The translations under genes were made by a program, and so were the position numbers. A model generated the notes under the pieces. It was not told where the DNA came from, ran no database searches, and saw only the letters and a list, made by a program, of their open reading frames with translations. This document shows positions 11,985 to 21,500 of a DNA stretch of 64,000 bases, piece by piece (the first letter of the stretch is position 1; every line of letters begins with the position of its first letter). This DNA comes from Camelus ferus (taxonomy: Eukaryota), in contig NC_045705.1 in assembly GCF_009834535.1 (NCBI RefSeq), forward strand, positions 71,920,001 through 71,984,000, written 5' to 3'.

Positions 11985-12830
11985 TAACACTGAAAGCACA
12001 AATAAAATCAATAAATAGATGATTGGGTTTCATAAAAATTAAAGTCATTTGTGCATCAAGGGACACTATCAGGAGAGTGAAATATATGTAAAATATTTAA
12101 ATATCAATCTGGTAAGAGTCTAATATCCATTACATATAAAGAACTTTTGCAACTCAACAACAAGACAAACAACCCAACTTAAAAATGGGCAAAGGACTGA
12201 ACAGATATTTTTCCAAAGAAGATCACCAATGACCAAGAAGCACATGAAAGATGCCGCATGTCACTCATCATCGGGGAAATGCAGTTCAAAGGCACAGCTT
12301 GATACAGTTCTAGAAGTGGGCTAGCAACTTGATGCAGTTTCCATCAATCTCCTAACGGCATCTTCCTGTCGACCTTGACAAGCAGATTCTACAATTTACA
12401 TGGAAATGCAGAGGGTCAGAAACAACAAAGACACTCTTGAAGAAAAACAGGGTGAACGGATTTGATTAGTTAGATATTAAGAATAAAATAGCGTCATTAG
12501 GAGAGTGAAGGAATTGAGGCATTACAGCTAAGACAGTACAAGGAACGGCAGGTGGGCCAAAGGCTTATTACAGGGAGGCCAGAAGGAGACCTGTATGTAC
12601 ACAGACAGCTGATTCACAGTGACAGTGACTTTAGGGCAGTGGAGGAGGTACGGTCTGTTCAGTAACCAACGCTGGACATCGGCGACAGCCACAGAGAAAA
12701 AAAGAAACGGAGTCACCACCTCACGTCATGTACTAGATAAATTCCAGATCTACGTGAAACAGTGATGCTTCAGGAGGTGACACCTGGGAGACATCTTTCA
12801 CCCACAAAGTAGGAGAACACTGATGAGTTT
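11985..12830 (+). mobile_element. Old L1 fragments
   Basis: 'aactcaacaacaagacaaacaacccaacttaaaaatgggcaaaggactgaacagatattt', 'ttctacaatttacatggaaatgc'. Confidence 0.65.
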
Positions 12831-13113
12831 CACCAGATTAATACTGACTGCTGTCTCCCTGTGTTCCCAGCCCTAAGCTGCTCACAGCCTTTCCTCAGTC
12901 CCTGCCAGTTCCCTGCTCTGAAAGACCCTTCCTCAGGCAGCCGAGCCCTGAACCCAAGTCCCTATAACAGCCTTCTCCCAACCCCCATTCGAACCATCCC
13001 CAGGCCTGTGGGCTCACGTTCATCCTTGCTCAGCCTCGGTAACTCAGCTTCGTTTGATCAGCAGGTTTCCTTGGTGATCTTTGTGGGGGAGTCGACAACT
13101 GACAGCCTTCATC

Positions 13114-13264
13114 TTTGTTTTGTTTTGTTTTTTTTTGGTGGGGGAGATAATTAGGTTTATTTAATTATTTTATTAAAAAAAGTTTTAATGGCAGTACTGG
13201 GGATTGAACCAGGACCTTGTGCATGCTAAGCACACAGTCCACCACTGAGCTGTACCCTTCCCCC
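13114..13264 (-). mobile_element. tRNA-derived SINE (Vic-1-like)
   Basis: Reverse complement ggggaagggtacagctcagtggtggactgtgtgcttagcatgcacaaggtcctggttcaatccccagtactg plus tail; approximate TSD tgacag(t)cctt. Confidence 0.85.
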
Positions 13265-14329
13265 TGACAGTCCTTGCCTTTTTGGGATCGATACTGAAAT
13301 CCTTGCAGATGAAATGGTAACATTTCTGAGATCTGCTCCAAAATTAGCTGGAAAAAAAGAGAGACAGTTGATGGGGTGGAGAACACTGGTCCACGACTGA
13401 AGCCGAGCAGTGACGCACGGGAGCCCGTCCGACTGCCGGGTCTACGTCTGCATGGGTTTAATTCTCAAGGATAATAAAGGGGATGTTCATGGTGGCCACA
13501 GTAAGCTTACACTGTAGGACTGTGGGTCCCTGGCTCACTTCCTGAAAGCATCCAGCCAGATGTAGCCTATGTCACACTGGATTTTGCAGGGAAGAGCGGA
13601 GCAGTTGTAGATTTGAGAGAAATCATTCCTTTCAATGTCCTCCTACAACCTCCTAAGGTAGAACTGAGAGTAGATACAGTTTACTTGAACTTGACATTTA
13701 AATCTCAGTGGAAGGGTAGAGAATATTTTCTGTGCTTTGCTTATTTAGTCAAAGTATGTCTCCGTGAGGTAAATTAACATGCTTCCAATATGCTCCCTCC
13801 TACCTTCTACTCTGGAAAAATAAAGCTGCTTATTCTCTCTGCGACTCCTGGACCCAGAAACTGGCTATTAGGAGGAATCCCCCCCCCACACACACACACA
13901 GAGTGAGGTCCCATTTGAGGCCTTGCATAGCTGCTCACAGAAGCTGACTTCCCTCTGTGCATTTGTGACGAGGACCCAGCTGGGCCCTGAGTCCTGAGAA
14001 CCCCTGCAGCTCCTCCTGAATCTGTGGGTGGGATGTGGCATTTTGTGTGGCTCGCATTGTGCGTTTCAAAGCAGTGTCCAGCCAGGCAAGGTTTGAGCTG
14101 CATGTGTCCCAGGTCTTCAGGCATCTCTTTCCTGGTTCCAGTCGCCTGGCAGGGCGTGGGGCTCTTACCTGCCACATTTCAGGGCGACCAGCGTGAGGGT
14201 GAGCGGCCACAGTGTGTGCAGGACACAGCCCGCCTCTCCTTGGCCTCAGCCCCCCACTTGGAACCCATCTCACTCTCAATCTGTCCCTCTGTGCTCCTGT
14301 GACCTCAAGCAGGTGTGACCCAAGTCACT

Positions 14330-15510
14330 CAGGGCAGTGCATGTGACCACCCAGGGCAGCAGGAGGGGATTCTCTGGTCGTGGAGTTGTTCTGTATCCTG
14401 ATTGGGGTGGTAGTTACACAAATCTATACCTGTGTCAAAATTCATTTTTTTAACTGTATGTTAATTTCACCATATGTAAATTTTTTAGAAGTCCATTGCA
14501 CTGCATGTTAATTTTTTTTTAATAGTAAGATTTTTCTTATGAAGATCTGCCTGGTCACTTAAGTGTTTGAAGTTCCAAGAAATCTGACTGGTTAAATTAG
14601 TAATTGGAGTTTGGAGTGTTCTCATGAATGTAATTAATTGGTCAGTGCTGTTAAAGTTTAGGGGTTTAAATTTGCCAAATTTGTGCAAGACGAGGCCACA
14701 GTAGCTGTTTAAAAATATGTGTAAAGAAGACAACAGTGAGATGCCACTGCACCTGGACTGGTGTGGATGCAAAATGTGCAGCTACTTTGGAAGACAGTCT
14801 GGCGGTTTCTTACAAAGTGAAACATGGTCTTACCNNNNNNNNNNNNNNNNNNNNNNNNNNNNNNNNNNNNNNNNNNNNNNNNNNNNNNNNNNNNNNNNNN
14901 NNNNNNNNNNNNNNNNNNNNNNNNNNNNNNNNNNNNNNNNNNNNNNNNNNNNNNNNNNNNNNNNNNNNNNNNNNNNNNNNNNNNNNNNNNNNNNNNNNNN
15001 CACATTCAGACCATGGAGTATTATTCAGCGCTAAAAAGAAATGCGCTGTCAGGCCATGAAAGGACATGGAGGAACCTTAAATGCACATGACTAAGTGAAA
15101 AAAGTAGATCTGAAAAGGATGCAGACTGGATGATTCCAGCTGGACAACATTCTGCAAAAGGCACACTATGGCGACTGTAAACAGATCAGGGGTTGGGGGG
15201 GGGAGGGTGAGCAGGAGGAACACCTGGGGTTTTCTGGGCAGTGAAACGTTGTGTGACCCTGTCTGCAATGTGGATACTTGTACATTTGCCAAAACCCATA
15301 GACTGTGCAATACCAGGATGCACCGTAATGTAAATTTTGGGTTTAGTTAATAATGCATTACTGTTGGTTCATCAATTGTCACAAATGTCCAAAATGAAGA
15401 CATGGTGTTGGGGAGAGGAGGCTGGGTGTGTGTGTGTGTGTGTGTGTGTGTGAATACCCTGTACTTACAGCTCAATTTTTCTGTAAACCTAAAACTGCTC
15501 TTAAAAAAAA
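14330..15510 (+). mobile_element. Old L1 3' region containing a (TG)13 microsatellite at 15427-15452
   Basis: 'gatgcaaaatgtgcagctactttggaagacagtctggc', 'atggagtattattcagcgctaaaaagaaatg', 'tttctgtaaacctaaaactgctcttaaaaaa'. Confidence 0.7.
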
Positions 15511-16019
15511 AAAGTCTACTGATTATTTTTAAAATGCATGTGAAGTTTGACCCATGAACAACCAGCCTGTAGCTCCGTTTACTAGCGCTGTCAGTTACGA
15601 CTCAGGACTTGGTGGGTGCTGGTGTGAAAGGCCTGAGGCTCCTCAACCCAGCGACTCCCGCTGCCCGCCCCTTCTCTACCCTCCGTCTGCACGTCCGTCC
15701 ACCTCCTACCCCAGCGTGAAGTGCGCGCAGGTCTCTCCTGCCTGGGAAAAAGCAAAGAGATGCCCAGGCGCCCTGCGGCCCGCCAGCCCCCCTGCCCGCC
15801 GCTCCTCCCGCCGCCCCACGCCCGGCCAGGGGGAAAGGGTCACTCGGCCTGCGGCTTCGGCTTCGGGTCGCCCGGCCCTCGCCCCGGCCCGGCCCCTCGC
15901 GCCTGCCCCTCCCGGGCCCCGGGCGGCCAGGCCCGGCCTCCGCACAGGCTGCTCCCCTGCGGGTCTCAGTCACCGCCCCCGCCCCGCGGGCCCGCCCGAG
16001 GGGCGCCACCGCGGCGGTG

Positions 16020-16165
16020 GGGGCGGGCGGCCGGCCGGGGCAACAGCTGGGGGGGCGGCCCTGACCTTCCCGCGCGATCGATGGGGCGCGGCTCGGGCGG
16101 CGCGGAGCCGGCGCGGCGCCGACCCCCTCGCCCCCAGCCCCTGGCCCGGCGCTCCTATAAAGGGG
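16020..16165 (+). promoter_or_regulatory. SCT promoter: E-box CAGCTG (16044-16049) flanked by GC boxes; TATA box TATAAA (16156-16161)
   Basis: Motifs seen directly within a CpG island (~15750-16530); layout matches the known NeuroD1/Sp1 secretin enhancer arrangement. Confidence 0.8.
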
Positions 16166-16209
16166 CCGCGGCCCGGCCGCCTCTCAGCCCCCGCCTCGGC
16201 GCGCCCACC

Positions 16210-16223
16210 ATGGCCACGCGGGC

Positions 16224-16259
<36 letters not shown>

Positions 16260-17010
16260 ACTCGGAGGCTGCACGGCGCGCCCCGCGCCCCCCAGGTGAG
16301 CCCGCGGTCCTGGGTGCCCAGGCCCGCTCCTCCGGCCCCCACCAAGGCCCGGCCCTGACCCGTCCGCGGCCCCGTCCCCTCCTCAGGGCCCCGAGACACT
16401 CGGACGGGACGTTCACGAGCGAGCTCAGCCGCCTGCGTGAGAGCGCGCAGCTGCAGCGGCTTCTGCAGGGCCTGGTAGGGAAGCGCAGGTGAGGGGCCGG
16501 GCGCCCCCCGCGGGCCGGGGAGACCCGCGGTGGGGCGCCCACATTAGCAGTGACCACTCCCCAGCTCCAGGACTAATTTTGATCTGGGGTGGGGGGCAGC
16601 GAGCAGGACACAGAGAGCAGCACCACCTGGACCAAGTCCTCTGAGAGCCACCTCTGCCTGCTGTGGGTAGACAGGCCCTCCCTGCAGGCCTGGTGAGCAC
16701 TGTCCCCATCCCCGCGTTAAGACCTCCCGCCCCAGGCCATCCCTGGGGCACCCTGGGTCTGGGCGGCACTGGGCCAGGGGCCTGGGAAGGTGAAACCGTC
16801 TCCGCTGGGGACCAGAGGAGGCCTGGTTTCACCAGGTGGCCAGCGATCTCCAGCATCAAGCCCTCGGCCCCCACCTAACCTTGCTATCTCTGCAGGATGT
16901 CCCTGAGGGCCCCCGTGGACCGGGTCTGGTCTCCCCAGCTGCTTCCTGGACTGAGGGCTGGGGTCATGATGTCAGAGCCGGCCATCCCCGCTGCTGAGGG
17001 ACCTAGATGA
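16210..17010 (+). CDS. SCT: Preprosecretin, 131 aa, 4 exons
   Basis: Exons 16210-16295, 16387-16488, 16600-16692, 16896-17010. Mature peptide [27 protein letters not shown] (16397-16477) followed by amidation/cleavage signal GKR. Confidence 0.97.
16225..16257 (+). repeat. Pure (CTG)11 repeat encoding poly-Leu in the secretin signal peptide
   Basis: Eleven uninterrupted CTG, then TTA CTC: 13 Leu in total. Confidence 0.95.
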
Positions 17011-17108
17011 GGCCCTGAGGAAGATGGATCCTCCCCTCCATGGACAAGAGGAGCCTGGACCGGGAGGGAGTCGGGGGAGGAGGTTGTGGAAGGGCTGCAC
17101 GTGGCACC

Positions 17109-17114
17109 AATAAA
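17109..17114 (+). terminator. SCT poly(A) signal AATAAA
   Basis: Canonical hexamer ~100 nt after the stop codon. Confidence 0.85.
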
Positions 17115-17443
17115 GGAGGAATGCAGACCCTGGCCTGGAAGTCCGCTCTGTGTGCCATCTGGGTGCCATGGAGAAAGCCACTGCAGGGCAGGGCTGTTGG
17201 CAGGAAGCAGGGACCATCCACTGGATTCTAGGGCTGTGCCCACACCCAGCTGCCCTTTAACCCTGGGAAGCCAGTGGGGAGTCTCACCTTCCAGCTTCTT
17301 TAACTCCCTGGGCGTCCTCGGGGCGCCCTGTCATCCACTCAGCAAACATTCAGGGGCTGGGGGGCTCAGACATCCCCAGCTGCTGTCCCGGGGCCGCGTG
17401 GTTATGATGTGGGGAGGTAGGCGCCCCCAGGGAAAGGACCTGA

Positions 17444-17590
17444 GCAGGAATCCTGGCTGCAGGAATCCTGGCTGCAGGTCTGGGCCACGTGGTCTCGGAA
17501 GAGCGGCTTGACTCCCCCCACCAGGAGTCTGTGGAGCAGGGGCGGGGATGAGGCCCCAAGAGGTGCTGGGATGAGGCCCCAAGAGGTGCT
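17444..17590. repeat. Two small tandem duplications (15 bp x2; 23 bp x2)
   Basis: gcaggaatcctggct at 17444-17473; gggatgaggccccaagaggtgct at 17545-17590. Confidence 0.85.
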
Positions 17591-18402
17591 GGAGCTCCTG
17601 GAGCCCTTGCAGGACCACTGGCACAGGCAGGGCTGCGCGGTCACCAGCAGACACCAGGGGTGTCGGGGACAGTGTTTTCAGGCCCTGCGCTGCAGTGGGA
17701 GGTGGGAAGGCGGAGGACTCCACCCCTCATCACAGCAGCCCCTTCCCTCCCTCCCAACCCCGCCTAGCAGCCTCTGCCAGATAACGGGCTTGGGGGCCGA
17801 GGAAAGATGGAGGAAGGGTGGTTGGGGGCCTGGGCCAAGGACCCTTGCCAGGACCCCTCTCTGTTGGGACCCAGGGCCCCCCAGGACCTCCCAGCCCCCT
17901 AAAGCCCTGCCATCTCCATCACCTTGCCTGCCTGGCCCACCTGGCTGAGGCCAGCTGGTTACTGGGACAGGCAGGGAGTCCTGAGGACACAAATGGCTTT
18001 TCCCTTCCAGACCTGGAGGGTTGGCTCAGGGAGAGGAGGTGGGCCTGGAGGGGGCACTTCTGGTCTGACCCTCACTGGCTGCCTTGGGAGCTGTGCCCAC
18101 TGTGATTCTGGCAGAGGAGCCGGCAGAGGGACAGCCTGGGTTGGGAGCAGGTACAGCAAACACAGAAGCCCACCCCAGCTCCAGCCCCACCCCAGCCCAC
18201 ACCAGCCTATACCGCCCAGAACCTTGGTGCCCCCGCAGCTCTCAAAGTGCCTCGTGTCTTGGCTCGTTGGGTTGAGCCCCTGTCAGCCCCTGCATGTGGC
18301 CCAGCTCCTGCCAGGGAACCACCAGGTCCCCTCCTCCTGGCTGTTGGCTGGGCCTGGCCGGGGACGGCCAGCGGGATCCCCCTTGGTGGAGGCCAGTCCT
18401 CC

Positions 18403-18430
18403 GGTCGTAAAGGATCATAAAGTGGGGCGG
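18403..18430 (+). promoter_or_regulatory. CDHR5 proximal promoter: tandem CDX-type sites GTCGTAAA (18404-18411) and ATCATAAA (18414-18421) plus a GC box
   Basis: Motifs seen ~130 nt upstream of the ATG; CDX2 is an established activator of CDHR5/Mucdhl. Confidence 0.6.
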
Positions 18431-18544
18431 TGCCTGGCAGGGGCGAAGGTCGCCCAGGCAAAGACTGCGCCAGTGCCACGGCTGCTCAGAGGGTCCTGGA
18501 CACCAGGCAGTCTCAGACCCTCCTTCAGGCCGTCCGCTGCCAAG

Positions 18545-21500
18545 ATGCGGACTTGGGCCCTGCTGCTCCCGCTGCTCATGGCCACAGCCCAGGCCCAGGG
18601 TACTGGGGGCAGCGGCAGGGGGGCTTGGTGGTGGGCAGGAGGCTGAAGGCCTGACCCTTCTTCTCCGATTTCCAGTCTGCTCGGTGGACAAGACCGTCTT
18701 CGAAGTCAAGGAGAACACGAATTCCAGTGAGCCCCTGCTTGACATCTACGTCCCCGAGGGCCAGCAGGTGACCCTCGGACCCTCGTCCACCCGCTTCGCA
18801 TTTCGAATCCAGGGGACTCAGCTGTTTCTCAACGTGACCCCTGACTATGAGGTGCAGACAGCAGCCCTGGGTTGGTTGTGCCCAGGGAGGGGGCAGCAGG
18901 AGGGGCTGACACTCCTCCATGGAGAAGGGCTCTCTGGGGATATCTGGGGCTCAGTTTGCCCAGGGGGCCTCTCAGGCTGAAGGCTGGCCCAGAGAGGGTG
19001 GGGCCTCAGGGGACGAAGCTGCCCCGGGCCAGATGCCCTCTGGACTCAGCATGGATGATGGGGACCCAGGGCAAGTACATGCTGCTCTTGGCCTCAGTCT
19101 CCTCACCTGTGAAATGGGGCTGGCTGGCCAGGTGATTCCCAACCCCCACCCGCACCTACAGGAGAACTCAATGCTGCAGGCACAACTGGAATGCAAAAGC
19201 GGTGACACCACGGTGAGTCCCACCCCCGACCCCCTCCTGGCATCTCCCTGTGTCCCCACCCTCACCTGTGATGTCAGAGTGTTCCCGCTTGGACCTCTGT
19301 GCTCTGCTCTGCCTGGTCCACGGTCACTCCCTGGTGACCTCATCCAGCAGTGCAGTTTTTAAGTGTCACCAGTTTGCTGGCAACGCCCACACTTCCTCTG
19401 GGCCAGACTCTGCCTTGAGCTGCAGACGCATAAACTCGGCCCCGGATGGACATCACACTCCCCACAGACACCCCCGGCTCGAGACCCAAGGCCCTCTGCC
19501 CCGCAGGCGCCTTGCCCTGCCAGCTCAGTCTCCCCTCCCTCTCCCCACATCCGTCCTCCAGCAAATCTGTTGGCTCTGCCTCCCCACCTCCCCACCTCAG
19601 GCTTCGTCCACCAGCACCTTCCAGCTGGTTCTTTGCTCCCCTTTTGGCCCTGCCTACCCCAGTCCACTCCCCAGACAGCAGGAGATGACCCTACCTGGCA
19701 AAGCAAGCACCAGTCTCTGCCCAGATAACTCAGACACATGCAGGGCGGCACTGAGCCCTGGCCCCCACCCGCTCCCTCTCACCGTCCCCCACCTGCTGGG
19801 AGAGGCGCCCACCCCCTTGTTCTGCTGCAACTCTAGCACCTCCCCCCAACCCCAGCCAGCTCAGCAGTTCCTTCTGAGCCCTGTGGGTGCCCCACCCGAC
19901 ATCACAGCACAGCACCCACAGATAGCTCGGGATGAGACTCTCAGAGATAAGGACGCTTCTTAACTGTCACTGGGTTAGCGCTGTCAGCCCCGAAAAAGGC
20001 AGGGACTGACTCCTTAGCATGAACAACGACATCTGTTGTCTGCGCTTCCCAGTTCCGGAGGAGTCTTTCAGTTTCCTGTGTGAATCAAGATCCAAGCAGG
20101 ATCCCCCTGGTGCACCTGATGTCACTGTTTCTCTCACGTCTCTTTCAATCTATAGGTCTCCTGGCTTTCTGTGAGATTTACGCTTGAGGAAGTTCAATTG
20201 CTTTGCTGTTCTCTCCTGTGGGGCTCCCTGGTTGCATCCCCAGCGTCTGCGTTACTCTCCCCAGGGCATCCGCTCCTTTGTGCTTTCTAACTGGCTTTTT
20301 GTTCCTAGTCTGTAATTCCTGCTGAAGCAGGAGCCCCAGGGCAGGGGGCTGTCTTGGAAACGGCACCCCTCACCTAGAACGAGTGCACCCCGCTGGGTCG
20401 GGGACCCTGTCCCCTCCTCCAGGTGACCCAGCTGAGGGTGTTTGTGTCTGTGCTGGATGTCAATGATAACGCGCCCCAGTTCCCGTATGTGGCCAGGGTC
20501 TGGAAGGTGCCTGAGGTGAGTGGGATGGACAGGGCTGGTGCCACCTGGGGCATCAGAACCCGGGGTGGGAGCCAGAGGGTAGAGGGTGGTGGTCAGAGGG
20601 AGTTGGTCCATGGGGGTCAGGGGCGTGACGAGACCAATCTCCCACCTCCCTGCCCCCAGGACACTAAAGTGAATACCACCATCATCCCTGAGACAGAACT
20701 GGAGGCCCAGGACCTTGACAAAGATGACATCTTGTTCTATATCCTCCAGGAAGTGACTCTGGTCAGTGCCCCTCACCCCTGCCCTTGGCTGGCCCCTCCC
20801 TCTGGGCATCCCCACCTATGCTCGTCCTCCCAGGGTTCCGGGCTGAGTCCCCCCACCGCCCTAGGGTGCCAGTGACTTCTTCTCCCTGATGGGTACAAAC
20901 CGCCCAGCGCTGCGGCTGGACCAGCCCCTGGACTTCGAAAAGTGTCGGAACATGACCTTCCAGCTGCTGGTGCGGGTGAGCAGGCCACTCCCGCCCGAGT
21001 CCCAGACGCTCAAGTGCCTATGCAAGCTGCTCCTGCCTGGACTCCCTGGCCTGACCCGCAGGGCTGCGCTGTTTGCAGGACACACAGGAAGAGAATGTGG
21101 AGCCCAGCCACACGGCCACAGCCACCTTGGTCCTGGAAGTGCAGCCTGCTGACCTGCGGCCCCCCTGGTTCCTGCCCTGCACCTACTCGGACGCTTACGT
21201 CTGCATCCAAGCCCAGTACCAGGGGACTGTGCCCACAGGCCACAAACTGGTACCGGGGACAGAGAGAGGCAGGGCGTGGGGCCTGGCTGCCACGGGGCCA
21301 GATTTGGTTGTGATTTTCAAGCACATGTGAATGTTCCTTCCTAAACCAATCTCACCCAAACCCACGGTGGTGAGGAGGGCACAGAGCCTCTGAAATTCAA
21401 GTGAGGGAATGGGCCCAGCTGTCCTCAGGCAGAGCCAGACAGTGCTCCCTGGACACCGCGTGAATGGGTAGGGAGCTGGGCTGGATATCAGGGGGCTCCT

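Noticed and set aside
15554-16492. 312-aa ORF ending in the secretin peptide (possible long isoform)
   Set aside because: Stop-poor CpG-island frame running through promoter and intron 1; the TATA box and Kozak ATG at 16210 explain the gene.
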